Positions 12,619 to 25,992 of a stretch of 64,000 bases of DNA are shown here, in pieces (the stretch's first letter is position 1; every line of letters starts with the position of its first letter). This DNA is from Octopus bimaculoides (lineage: Eukaryota). Location of the stretch: positions 100,223,194 to 100,287,193 of the forward strand of contig NC_068984.1 of assembly GCF_001194135.2 (NCBI RefSeq), given 5' to 3'. The notes under the pieces were generated by a model. It was not told the DNA's origin. It was given only the letters and a program-made list of their open reading frames with translations, and did no database searches. A program made the position numbers and the translations under genes.

Positions 12619-15600
12619 AATAAGTTAATATATAACAAGTTCATTATATCAGATAGAATAAATTTCATACCTGATTTTAAATGGGGACTTCTCTTTTTTC
12701 TATCTTTGAAATGTAGCACTTATTTTCTCAGTCTACAAATTAAATGCAGAGTTGAAATGACTACAGGAATAGGGAAAATGAGTTCCTAATTTAAATTTGC
12801 AACAGGTAGAAGACTGGATATTCATTTCCACAAGATCAATGCCATTTCAATGCCTTATTCCTAGACATACTAAGTGTACATTCTATCCAATGAAAGACTT
12901 CTCTTTTCAAGTTACTTTTTATGAGCATAATTCTAATTCTAATTAAATACACTGCTTATGTGTTTTAATAAAAGAAAACATAGGATTTGGAAGGGTTTAA
13001 TATAATTTTGACATCATTAAACATGCCCTTGATTTAAATATATACACTTGAAAATGGATATAGTTTTGTATTCTAGAATAGGGACAGTCTCAGGTGGGCT
13101 GATGTAAAAAAATTTAATTATAAAAGTCAGTTCGAAGCATGAGTTTTAATGACCATTTTGTGTGTCATATAGCTAAGACATTATTTGGCAGCTAATGGTT
13201 CCAGGTTATGTTGAACCTTATTGCTACATCTGTAGTTTCTAATGTAGGAGATAAAATATTCATTCGCTTAGCATTTTATAAACAGACAGCAGTAATTAAC
13301 ATGAAATCAAATATTAACTGAGATTTCTGTGGTTAAGATAACTGTCAAAAGAAGGGGAAGTTACTCTGTATTGAGTAATATGGTGTATAACCAACATTAC
13401 AGTACAATTTAAAGTTTGGGCTTTATACAAGAAATACTGATGGTAACGTGGACTTAGTAGGAGGCTACACAAAACACAAACAGTTCTGGCAGTGAAATAC
13501 TAATTCTTTTTTTTTTTTTTTACAATATTCAAATTCAAATGTTAATTCTTTAAATATTTTAATAAATATATTTAAGACATGGTTAGAACCAAGTGAACAT
13601 TGTGTATGAAACCTCTGATTGAATTGCTTTAGAGTAGAATGATAACTAGTTGAGATTATAGCCCTTATTTCCCACACAAATAACTTCCACCAGCCCTCTA
13701 AGAAGTCACCTCCACCCATGGAATACATTCCCTGCCCAGATTTTTCCTAGTCATCAACTCAAAGTTTCTTTAACAAGGATGTTAACAAATCTCACCAGTC
13801 TTAGAGGGCTGGTGAAGGCCATATCACAGCCCCTTACACAAGACCGAATCATCAGTCTCAAAGGGCCTGTGACGGACATCGGACGAGGTAGATCAAAACC
13901 ATGACATTTCATACTCAACTATCACTCTTAAAACAGTGTGACTATCACTATAGTGTCAGAAGTATTAGGCTTTCAACAGTTGAGAGATATGTGGATTAAA
14001 ACTACAAACTATGAATGATCCTTAAACAACTGCTTCCTTCAGACAAACTGGAATGGTATTTTCCAACCTAATTACAAATTATTAAACACATCCATAAATG
14101 AATTTATATAATACCTAGTTCTTTGGGGCCTCCATGTGGTTGTTTGAGTCACTAGAAATAGCTAGCAAATTTTGCACAAATCACAACCACTGTCTTAAAA
14201 AAATGGCATTGACACATAAGACATTGTAGTCCAAAATGGACAGTGAATTGGTAGATAATGGAGCAATGAAGAGAATGTTGGTCCAGTTCTTTGTGTTCTG
14301 AGTTCAAACCTCAAGGTCAACTTTGCCTTCCATTCTTTTGGGTTAATAAAAGTATCAGTTCAGGGCAGTGGATAAGTAAAATATTTAGAGTATGGAATGC
14401 TCTGTCATATCTTTCTTTTCTGTTCTGATGGCAATGCTTGCAACAACACTGGTACAAAGCAGACTTGGCCCTTACTTTTCCTTCCAACATTTGTGATATG
14501 GAAAGAAAAGCCAGATGTTAATTTCCTATAAATATAATCTTACACAAGCCTGCATTTTGGAGAGGAACTCTCCAGGTGAAGATCCATAGTATCAGGAGAC
14601 AGAGACCCTAGAGATACAAAAAAAAAATGTGGGAATGTTATGGCTAGAATACCCTTCATAACTTTGCTTAATCAGGACTGACCAGGAGCCAAAGATGATA
14701 AAAGAGTACAAATTTTGCTACACATATAATATCCCTTAACAAGTTATTTGTTGATACAAATGTGTTTACATTTTTACAAAAGCCAAATGAACTGGTCAAA
14801 GGCCTAACTCTGTTAATTACGAGAAATCAGATCTTGAGTAAGACTCCACTCTATCATGTGTGACTTTTCCTATAAAAAAAAAAAACTATTGCTTATCTTC
14901 CCACCATAACAGCAAAGAGGTATCTTAAGAGTCCCATCAGAAAAGTGGATTGAAGCCCACAAAATTCCAGAATATCTAAAAAGCTTTTCTTTTTCTTAAA
15001 AAAAAAAAAAAGGAATGAAAATACAACTGTGCTTCACATTTTAACTCAAATTGGTACATTAATAAACACTGAGCAATTTGCCTCTAGATATAATATATGC
15101 ATATGAACGTACACAATAAAACATATTAACATATACAATACATGGTGCAGGGTGTGTTTTTGAACATTAGCAGGCCATAAATAGAAGATTAACTAAGGTT
15201 TCATGGCATGCTCCAAATTTTAACTATCATTTTTCTCTCAAACATAGCAACATGGTAGACCTTAGAAATGAAAAAGCAAGCTGTACTCATAGCTGTAGCA
15301 GCCAATTAGTGACTCAGAAATTGTCAACTTCTCGAACATAACTTGGTCCTTTGTGTTTAAGGTTGTGTAAGAGCTGGAGGCTTCTAGCAGAGAAATGTTA
15401 TATGTGGCGAAAGGAAAAAAGAAATTCTTAACAGTCAGATAACATCAGGTCAGCCAAGGCTGTCCAGGTAATCCAGGACATCAACCAAGCAGCTCAAGGT
15501 AGCTTAGTCCACTACCAATGTGTAGGACACAAAGACATCAAGTACAATTCCTGTACAATGGGGAATGCTGCTTAATGACTGGCAAGCACCTGTGTGAACA

Positions 15601-16048
15601 TTGTGATCATATTACATGACTTCCTCTAGTACTCTCGACTTGAATCACCTGTACTTCTGCATCTAGAATGTTGTTGGAAAAATAGAACCACTGAATGGCA
15701 ACCCAACAGTGCTAAGGAATTGTTAGAGACAGGTGGAATCTGACAGCATGGTTAGCGCCGCAAGATCCTGGCATGCAGATGTTACCATAGATATACTGGG
15801 GCTAAGGGAAGTTTTGTTTGGTAGTTTGTTTCTTTGATTCTAGTTGAATGTGTGTGCCTTTTGTTTTCTTTTTGAGTGCTATTTTTTTCATTTTTTTTGT
15901 TTGTTTAGTATCTTTGATTTCCTTGTGTTCTCAGATTCCTCATGCACACTCACACTTATACAGAAGATTAAAAAAATATGTAATAGTATCTCTTAAGTAT
16001 TAATACAGAAACACACAGTATACATAATTACCATATATATATATACCA

Positions 16049-16628
16049 GAGTAAGCACATAAATGCAAAACAAGGTGGAAAAAATAGTACTCAAATACCA
16101 GAGGTAGAGTAATATGCTTTATTAAAAAGCAGCAAAAATATCACAAAAGCTGTTACTCAGAGTTTCACGTTCCTGTTCGTCAGACAGTTTTGTTAAGAAT
16201 GGAACAAAAATAATGTTATAAGCAAACATATACAATTAGTTTAATAGATACCCATTTGAAAATGGTTTTGTTTCATTGGTCCTTTCAACTAATGGTCTTT
16301 ACAATGACCGGTTGCATGCAATGAACAAACTTTGGTATAAAATCAAAGAAAACCTCAAATCATTTGATTTTGATTTAATATAAGCTATTTTTGATATAAA
16401 GTTTTCTTCGATTTTATACCGAAATTTGTTCATTGCATGCAACCTGTCATTGTAAAGACCGTTATTTGAAACGACCAATGAAACAAAACCATTTTCAAAT
16501 GGGTATCTACTAAACTAATTGTATATGTTTGCTTATAACCTTATTTTTGTTCCATTCCTGTCCAACGAACAGGAAAGTGAAGCTCTGAGTAACAGTTTTT
16601 GTGATATTTTTGCTGCTTTTTAATAAAG
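16049..16628. mobile_element. Penelope-like-element-type terminal repeat in inverted (tail-to-tail) arrangement
   Basis: Arms 16117-16353 and 16401-16628 are reverse complements with about a dozen substitutions and one 9-nt indel; each arm carries a hammerhead-like motif, a known feature of PLE pseudo-LTRs. Confidence 0.6.
16145..16191 (-). ncRNA. Minimal type I hammerhead ribozyme motif
   Basis: Minus strand reads AAAACTGT-CTGACGA-ACAGGAACGT-GAAA-CTCTGAG-TA-ACAGCTTTT: intact CUGANGA and GAAA core, palindromic stem III, GUA cleavage triplet, stem I CTGT/ACAG. Confidence 0.65.
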
Positions 16629-16924
16629 TACACACACACACACACAGATATATATATATATATATATATATATAATGCATACAAATATACACAATTATAC
16701 ATACACATGTATGTGTGTGTATATATATCTATATATATACATGCAATATACATATGGTATATAAATTATGTAACTTCCAGTAGATGAAGTGTAAACTATT
16801 AATGGAAATAGTGTAGAGTAGTGTAGCATGTATGTGTGTTGGTACTGTTTATGTATGAGTGTGTTCATAAGATACAATAAGGTAAAACAAAAATGGCATG
16901 ATAAAACTGTACACAGTAGGATGA

Positions 16925-17110
16925 TAAGACAGACCAGACAGATACACAATCCAAACAAGCAGACAGACATACAGACCAGATGGATAGACAAACCAGACTT
17001 AGATTGCATAGACAAACTGACACAAATAGACAGATAAACATAGGTAAAGCAGATAGACAGGTACACATAGACCAGACAGACCAACACAGATAAAGCGGAT
17101 AGACCATCAG
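16925..17110. repeat. Degenerate (AGAC/AGAT)n microsatellite
   Basis: Direct reading. Confidence 0.7.
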
Positions 17111-19027
17111 GCAAAACACATAAAAACCTGGAGGTGGCAGCAGCAGTAGTAGCAGCAGCAGTAAATCTACACAAACTCAATATATTTGCAATGATGTACA
17201 ACTTTATTTCGAGGCCTTAAAAACCTGCCAACAGATTTTTTTTGTTTTTGCTTATATTTTTTTATATATTTTTTGGTTGGTTTTGTTGTTTATTTTTTCT
17301 TTCTTTTTCATGTTGTTCTGAAGTAAATAAATAAGGGAGTGAGAGAAAAGGATGTGAGGGAGACATATATATATGTATGTATATATATATAATTAATAAA
17401 ATGAAGAATGGGAAAACAATTAAGAGATGATCGGCTGGTGAAGAAAGAGAGAGAGAGAGAGAGAGATGGAGTGAGAAGGAGTCTGTGAGAGAGAGAGAGA
17501 GAAAATAAGTATAATGGTGGACTTTGCTGGAAAAGAGGTCCAGACACAAGGAATGTGTTTTTAATTTTTTTAATCATTATCATCATTATTATTGTCTTTT
17601 ATATATATCTTAATATTTTTTTCACTTGTTTTTAATTCCAAGGAAGTTAAGACTTATTGGAAAAAAAATAATGGTTTTGGTCAATGATTTTTTTTTAAAG
17701 GGAGGAGTCAGAGGAAGTGGGTGGGGGACTTGCTTATGTTTTCTTGATTCGGAGTTTGACAGTAAAATGTGTTTTTTTAATAGATAAATTGAATCTTTGC
17801 TGAGAAAGGGAGCTATCTAGTTGATGATGATAATATGGATGCATGGTGTGCATGGGTATTTTGCTTCTTCAATTTTATTTAATTTATTTTTCAAACCGCA
17901 CCTCTTCCACACACACACAAACATTTTTTTTAAATTTGAAAAAATCTCCTATCCAATGATCCAGTATTAGTTTTAGAGTATCCAAAAAACAATTCCACTT
18001 TGATTGTTTTTTCTTTTCTACAAGTAACACCCCATCCCCATAAAATTCTCACACACAGATGCAAACAAATAAAAAAAAAGTCCCTAGAATATAATTAAAT
18101 GTTGAGTTTACGAAGAACCATGCCCTACCAAGTTTAGTGAGCAGGTGTGGCCCTCACCCATCTATGAGCAGAAAGGAGAGTGTGTTGGGGAACATTTAGT
18201 GAGAAAGGGGAGAACAAGAGATTCACAGGGAAGAACATTGGTGATAATGGTGGTAGTGTTTAGAGTATGTTATTTAGAGCAAGAGAGAGAGAGTAAGAGG
18301 GAAGAGTGAAAAAGTATTTGTGTTAAAAAAAACAGTACAGAAAGTAAGGTGAAGAGGAACAAATTGAGAGGAAGGAGTTTAAGCAGATGAGACATGTAGA
18401 ATGTTCTTTAAAATGTTTTTTGCATCCCAAGATCATCCCCCAAGAACTTAATATTATGACAAGTTGGAAAATAAGAAATGTTGATCCCAGATGCAATAAG
18501 AAGGACAAGTCTGCAAGGCATGTATTTATCACACACATAAATATATATGTAAAACAATTTCTAGAGAAATGATGCACCTGGAGAAGAGGTTGGGATGAAA
18601 CAACAGGCAAGCAAATCAAGAGAATTTCATCCCAAATACTAAGGAAAAAATGGGGGAGAGAGGAGAGAGGGACAAAGAATAGACAAGAGGGTGATCAGAG
18701 AAATGCTAGCACAATTATGTCGTTAGTAGAAATAAAGATCTGGTTGTTTTTTTTCTTCATAAAATGAAATTTCAGTCAATTCAAAATTTACTTTCCAGAT
18801 CTGAGCTTATAAAAATATTTTTGTTTGGTTATATCAATTTATTTTATATCACAATTGTCATTGGTCACAAGTTTCCAATGGGCAATTACTGGCTCATTGC
18901 ATTGCTAACGAGAATAACAAGGGTGTGTCTGTAACTTAGGGCAGAATATATATCACAAAGGACTTCATTTGAAGAGTATCAACTTTATTTCTTTCCCAAT
19001 ACTACATACTTCCTGACAAATAATGAG

Positions 19028-19085
<58 letters not shown>

Positions 19086-19288
19086 ACAGGATTCTGCACA
19101 GTTTCCATTTGCAAAATTCCACTCACAAGGTACTGAGCACAAGGCAGCAAAATGAACTTAACTACACAGCCACACCTGCACCCATTTGAAATTTCAAATT
19201 CCTTGAAAATCCTGAGGAAAAGACAAAACCCAGGAAATGTCCAGCATTATACTTCAACTGATATCATAGCAAAGCTATAACACATCCA

Positions 19289-19507
19289 TTGAAGCTTCAC
19301 TGGAAGATACTATCGTTCATGGAATGGGTTCCTCACAACGTTTTTAAACTCTATGAGGACCAGCTATCACAGAGATATTTAATAACCTGCTTACTCAAGA
19401 ACATCAGCAGGCCAGATAAATATTGGGTAAGTCCCACATCTACATGGGTCCACATTTGCTCTACATCAACCACCAAGGTGTTCCACTTCTACCCAGCCAT
19501 TGTTTAG
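19289..19507 (+). mobile_element. Decayed mariner transposase fragment
   Basis: The ORF contains EWVPHNV, matching the mariner WVPHEL signature; no intact DD34D region seen. Confidence 0.4.
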
Positions 19508-19821
19508 CTACATTCATCATGCACAATATCTACTCCACACCAGTGTTTTCAAATTTAGGTTCTTTATTTTTGCTTTCCTTTCAAAGATTTGAAGCAATTT
19601 AAGGAAGATTTTGCTGCTATTTCCATTGACTCAAGAGCCACATCTACTCTACTACACTAAAACACTGCATGTTAGAGTATACAGAGAGAAGGATGTTGTA
19701 ATTAGAGAACTTGATCTGTTAATCTCCAATAGTTGGTCAACTGACTTCAATGTTGATGGTCAACTTGAATGGATGCTGAAGGTCAGTGTGATGAAAACTA
19801 AGACTACACGAATGACCATCA

Positions 19822-20090
19822 ACACAAACCAGTGTTACACTCATTATCTTTGCTCTAATGAATCAATTAACATGTTAACCCCACCCATATACCCCTGCCC
19901 TACATAAACCAATGTTTTCTCCACCCATCTTTGCCCAACACAAACCTGTGTTATCCCTACCTGCTTTTGCCCTACACACATCCAAGTGTTTTCGCCACCC
20001 ACTCCTGCCCTACATTAACCAGTGTTATCCTCACCCACTTCTGCCCTCACAATCCAGTACATTATCATACACACTTCTGCCCTACACGAT
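19822..20090. repeat. Degenerate minisatellite of about 36 nt, about 7 units
   Basis: Units such as cataaaccaatgttttctccacccatctttgcccaa, cacaaacctgtgttatccctacctgcttttgcccta and cattaaccagtgttatcctcacccacttctgccctc. Confidence 0.7.
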
Positions 20091-21959
20091 AAGAACTTTT
20101 TCTTAAAATTATTTTACCTTACTTCCACCAAACCAATACCCTACCTTACATAACCTCAGTCACATCCCATTCACATCAGTCACACCCTGGTACATTAGTG
20201 ATGTAAAGGAGTATCAAAACTACACTCCCAGATAAGTGAAGCTAATGTATCTGAGTTCCAGCCTGAATGGAGGGAACTAGAGATCTGGGATAGACGTACC
20301 ACAGCCTCCTACATAGTGGAACAACTGTTGCATCTACATCCCATCCCTAGGGTAGATTAAAATGACAAACGAGAAACAGCAGTAGAAAGAAGCACCAAAG
20401 AGGATGTTAACCAAAATGATGCACTAATTACACAGTATGTAATTAAGTTGCCAGTAATAATTTGTTAAATTTCTCTACATTAAAACTAGATAGAAAATAG
20501 AGAGAAAAATTAGAAAAGGGAAAGAGATAAAAGTGTGTGAGAAGCATAATGAAGGAGTTCTAGGGGTGAAATAGAATGTATGGATGGACTAGATAGAAGG
20601 AGGAAAGAAAAGTACACACACACACAAACTCTTCTTTTGCATTCACTATATATATATGTGTAGAGAGGGAGAGAGAGAGAGATTCAATATAAGGGAATAG
20701 GGTAGCACGGTGCCTTGCCTACCTGATATAATCAATATAAAGAAGTACGTTGATGAACCAATGATATGTATTGAAATGATTAATTACTTAGGGGCTGGCC
20801 CGGCAGTTAAGGGTTTTTTTTTTTTTAAGACCTTAGAAATGATGAGAGAATTTAATTTCAGAGTGGGGAAGGCTAGTGGCAAAACACTGATGGCTAAAAT
20901 ATAGAAATGATGCTCTAACAGTTCTGCAAGTCAGGCACCCTCATAATAATAACAGTAATTATTTTTATTTCCATCATCTCACATTGGCAAAGGACAAATT
21001 TGTGTAGTGAATTGAATCATCCCAGTATTATCACTGGTACTTATACTACAAATGCATCCACTCAGATGAAAGGAGGTAAAAACCAACACTCGTGTGATAT
21101 CTGACCGGCTTCTTTCCCAAACATATAACAATTACCAATCTAAATGCTGTGAGGCATTTCAGTATTTAACTTGATCCTCTGACATTTAACATTTTTCTGT
21201 CAGCCGAGGAAAGAAGTGGAGGGAAAAGAGGAAGGATCACCTGGAACTATTATTCAAAGACCAACTGGAATGGTCAAGACTTTTGTACTGCTTATTATTT
21301 GTTGTTTTTAAGTCATTCTGAATTTAACTCGATTGAGGAAAGAAAGTAAATGTGCCATAATATGAAAAGAGAAAGAGAAGAGAGAGTAAGTGTGTGTGTG
21401 TGTATGTGAGTGTATATATAAAGCAAGAAATTCCTGCTGAGAGTTCTATGAATGTTGTGGTTTGTGGTGATGATGCTACAAAAGGGACGAAAAGATGAAT
21501 AGACTTTCTCAATCTCATTTCCCCTACTTAAAAAAAAACAAAACTTTTCTGCTCGTTTTGAAAGATTAATTTATAAAGGAATTGTCTTTATAAAGTCATG
21601 ACAGTGATGAGGAAGATGATAGCAGTAATGGAAGTGAAGATGACACGGCAGAAAGCAGCAGCAGCAGAATCAAAAACTGTACAGTCAAGAAAAGGGAGAG
21701 AACAGGAGGTTTGGGGGGGACAAAAATAAAGTCAGAGGGGTGCAGATGTTGGGAGTGGGAGAGTATCAGTGTGTAAGTGTGTATAGTGGAGAGTAGAGAA
21801 TGAGAAAAGGGCCAGACCAGTTATACTAACAGTAGCAATAATTTCTCAAGGCCAGAAATCTAGGTGTGTGTATGGAGTGGGGGAGGGTCAGAAACAGTAA
21901 TTTATGTTAACCCCAGCACATTAGTGATATTTAAAAATAATAATAATGATGATGATGAT

Positions 21960-22460
21960 GATGATTTCTTACTTTAGCCCTATGGCCACAAATTCACAAG
22001 TGATAGGAGGAAAGGGTGCAGAGATGACTAAATCTGAATCCTTCCTCAATTCAAGACTGGTACTTTAATTTTGTTAGTCCCTACCAGAGGGATAAAAGGC
22101 AAAGTCAACCCCAGCAAGATTTCAGAACTCGGAAAGTACAGGGCATGCAACCAAATACTGCAAAGCATTTTGTCCAGTGCTCTACCGATTCTGCTATCAG
22201 CTGCTCCTAAGATAATAATAATGATAATGATGATTTCTAAGTTAGGCACAAAGCCTCACATTTTGAGTGTAGGGGGAAGGAACAATCGATTAGATCGACC
22301 CCAGCATTTGGCTGGTACTTTATTTTATCGACCTCAACTCTGGGAGGATGAAAGGCAAAGTTGGCCCAAGTGGTATTTTGAACTCAGTGTGTACAGGGTC
22401 GCGACCAAATACCGCAAAGCATTTTGTCCGGCACTCTACTGATTCTGCCATCCACTGCCA
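21960..22460 (-). mobile_element. Two tandem family A SINE copies
   Basis: Two units with ggataaaaggcaaagtcaacc / ggatgaaaggcaaagtt and aagcattttgtcc motifs, each preceded by (GAT/AAT)n. Confidence 0.65.
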
Positions 22461-23266
22461 TTAAAATAATACAGAATAATTAATAATTACAGTAGCAATT
22501 AGCTACAAATAAACAAATTCTGTAAGTGAGAAGGTTTAAAAAAAAAAAACAATAAAAAAAACAATCCTTCCCAAAATGATGACACACCAGGCGTCAGCAT
22601 ATAACATCAATCTCCGCTGAGAAGATGTATAATGTCTCTTTTCCTTTGTTAGCTTGGTAATGCTCTCAGCAGTGAGCAGGGTTTCACGAAGCAACCCAGT
22701 TTATATCAAGTCCTGATGAATCAGCTTTAAGGTAGATATTGGTTGAGTCAGTCGGTACGGAAACACACCAACACAGTGCTTAGCTTACATTCCGATTTGG
22801 AGGTTTCAAACTGGGGTGTCAGCTGGAACCATATGAAAAGTCAGTCAGGTAGGACATTTCGTAGGAGAAAGTGAGAGAGGTGTATCCTCCCCCAAAAAAA
22901 AAAAAAATTGAAGTGTTAGCCTGTGTGTTTTGTTTTGTTTTGTTTTTCTTTTTGTGGCTGGAACATGTGGGATGGGGGTGGGTAGTTCCAGCAATCCAAA
23001 TGAATTGTCTCTGTGTCCAGGTGCAAAAAAAGAGGGCATTGCAGAGTTGGTCATAATGACAATGACAGCGGCAGCAACAGCATCGACGATGACAACAGCG
23101 CCCACCAGGTGTGAACGGAACCTCTTTTTCTTTTATTTTGTTTTTCATTTTTTTTTTTTTCACATTCTGATTAAGATTATCAGGAAACAACTCCATGGTG
23201 AAATGATACTGTCCATGTAATAATAATCATAACAATAATAATAATAGTGGTAGTAGTAGTAATAAT

Positions 23267-23302
<36 letters not shown>

Positions 23303-23849
23303 TCAGCTAAATCTGTGTGGAAATGAACTCTTCATTTGCTGATCTGTTCGCAATGAACACTGGTGGGTGCTTGTTGTGGAGGAGTGAAGTTCACTAACTC
23401 GCTATACAATGAACGGATGTTCACAAACCTGCTTGAATTCATTAGACACCAGTCTATTCTTATTGCTTTCCATGTCTCTTAGTCGATATAAATTAGGGGG
23501 CTAATAATAATGATAATAATAATAATAATCATAATAATGTTTCCTCCTTTATAAAGATATATGAAAGACAAAGGGTCGAAGGTTACTTTATGTTTCCACA
23601 TCTCACTTTTCTGATAACTGTCCTCCTCTTTGTAGTTTTGCTTCTTTACATTTCACCTGGTTTTTTTCCTACATTTTGAACATTTTCTTACTGACACCAC
23701 AACCATTTTCATCCAGTATTCATTCTAATTTTGTATGCACATATTAATAATGTTATCTGAAAAGAAAAAGAAAAAACAAGAGAATAGTTATGATACAGAT
23801 ATACTATACATGTATGCATTTAATTTATAATGCATAATGTAAAAAAAGT

Positions 23850-23990
23850 CTGTGTGATGCCATGTAAAAGCACCCAGCACTCTGTAAAGTGGTTGGCATT
23901 AGGAAGGGCATCAGGCCATAGAAACAAGCCTGGTGCAGCCCTCCAACCCATGCCAGCACGGACAATGGACATTAAATGATTATGATGATT
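23850..23990 (+). mobile_element. SINE/LINE 3' tail, family D (aggaagggcatccagc...ccaacccatgccagc...gatgatgat)
   Basis: Homologous to 44117-44313, 44787-44922 and 46505-46765. Confidence 0.6.
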
Positions 23991-24811
23991 TATTCATTAT
24001 TCAAGAATGTATCAGTTTTGAATAATGACAGTAAGCCTCAGCTTCAAATAAATGAAGCTATTCAAACTCTCTCACACATGCACACATACATACACAAGTA
24101 AGAGATAAAGACATATTTGATGTTAAATTATATCTAATACATGGAATACAGATGATGATGATGATAAACTGAACTAAAACAACAATCTGCAAAGCAACAA
24201 TATCAAAACACACATATGTAAAATTGTAAATCTCTGATTTTGATGATTAGGATTCAGTTGATCAATCATCTGAATTAACCACTCCCGAATTAAAGGTTTC
24301 AAAATGTTGGCACAAAAGTATTCAATTCAGAGGAGAGGGTTAAGTCAATTGCATCAACCCCAGGGCTCAACTGGTACTTATTTTATCAACCTCCAAAAAG
24401 ATGAAAGGCGAAGTTGACTTTGGTGGAATTTGAACTCAGAACATAAGGACGGATGAAGTGCTGTTAGGCAAGCAGAGACTGCTTTGTTGACTCAAATTCA
24501 ATAGCAATTGCCATCAAGTTTGGTGAGATTAAGCTCAAGCAAACTAATAAGTTCTATGTCATTAGTATGTTGGCGATGGGGGAGTGGGGTAGGAAGTGAG
24601 AATAAAAAGCAACTTACTCTGACATCAGGGTATGTTTCGATAAGCAATGTGTTGTCTCCATGCCTGAGATTCCTGAATGACATCACAAACTTTGATGGCT
24701 AAGAAAAAAAAAAAAGAGCACAACCAACATTAAACATCAGGCAGACAAAAGATCAAAACAGATTGAACACTTATACACACGGCTTATGAACGTGTGTATT
24801 TATATATATAT

Positions 24812-24870
24812 NNNNNNNNNNNNNNNNNNNNNNNNNNNNNNNNNNNNNNNNNNNNNNNNNNNNNNNNNNN
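24812..24870. other. Assembly gap (N run)
   Basis: Run of n. Confidence 1.
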
Positions 24871-25741
24871 AAATATACATTCACATACACATATACTTTT
24901 CTCATAAGAGCTTCTAAAACATCCTCCAGCACCAACTTACATATTCACCAATATATCAAAGGCCTGATCTAGCAGATGACAAAGTTTCTTGCAGTCATGA
25001 CCACCAGTTTTTTTTTTATACAAATAGCAAATACAGAAAAAAAACTACATTATCTAATGTATTCTTCCTTTTTTAAATGGATTTGAAGAAGATTTGGCTG
25101 CTATTCTAGCAGGTCAAGTAACTACATAAGAAGTTTGTTTATTGGCTGTTGTATTTAATATACATTGTCTGTGTGTGTTTTACCTCTGTTCCTGTTGCGG
25201 CTCATGTACAGGCACTGTGAAACTGCAGCACCCCCTATTTCCACTTGATATTATCGATAACATTCAATATAATGAGTCTTTTTCCTTTAATTCTTTTTTA
25301 TACTTGTACATTTATAATCCTTAAGCTTAATGTCAGTAGCCACCCACTAGTTTATGAAAAGAATCCAATAATCCTTGTATACGTTTCACAGTTCCAGCAA
25401 CGCGGTGTTTAGCTGTGTGCATGCTCACATGTCTGAGATAGGAAACTTCATGCTAGGGAGAGAGAGCACTGTTGTTCATGCAGTGCCAGTGAAAAGTATT
25501 GTTTCTTTTTGTCTCCACGTGTTGTGCTTAAAAACGTGTTTATATTCTTGAATGTGATGAAGTGTAGAATTAGATTATTATCCTGCTTCCAGCTTCAGTG
25601 ATGCCGTCAGGATTTGAAAAATAGGGCAGATTTTCCCTACTTCCGATCAAGTTTATGTATAAATATTCTTTTTACATGTTTGTTTCCTTGTACACAATAT
25701 TAAAACGGCTAAAAGTTTTCGGAAGCAGCACCCCAACTAAT

Positions 25742-25747
25742 TTTATT
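25742..25747 (-). promoter_or_regulatory. Candidate AATAAA polyadenylation signal of the MPP8-like gene
   Basis: tttatt on plus, about 25 nt past the candidate stop at 25773. Confidence 0.3.
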
Positions 25748-25772
25748 TATGAGCCATCACTGGTTCCAGTAA

Positions 25773-25919
25773 TTAACATTCAGTCTTATATTCAGAGAGT
25801 GTACCTAGGATCTTATCCAATGTGTCTTTCCTTTTATAAACAGGCATGGTGTAATTTAAAGCCGATATTATTACTCTTTCTGAGGGGATTAATGAACACA
25901 TAGGAGCTCCCTTACTGTG
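25773..25919 (-). CDS. MPHOSPH8: Probable terminal coding exon of the MPP8-like gene (HSKGAPMCSLIP...SEYKTEC*)
   Basis: Acceptor ctcttttcttccactaaaacttaattaccag; length and weak motifs (CSLIP, YKTE) fit the end of the MPP8 C-terminal domain; reading frame uncertain. Confidence 0.45.
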   Translation of the reverse strand, partial: HSKGAPMCSLIPSERVIISALNYTMPVYKRKDTLDKILGTLSEYKTEC

Positions 25920-25992
25920 CTGGTAATTAAGTTTTAGTGGAAGAAAAGAGGACACGCCCACCCACTTCAAAAACAAGCTAAATGTTACTTAC

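Noticed and set aside
21596-21720. Acidic peptide-like frame HDSDEEDDSSNGSEDD on plus
   Set aside because: Explained by decayed GAT/AGC trinucleotide repeats; no splice context
22713-22775. CTGATGA...GAAAC on plus
   Set aside because: No stem II or stem III pairing, so not a hammerhead
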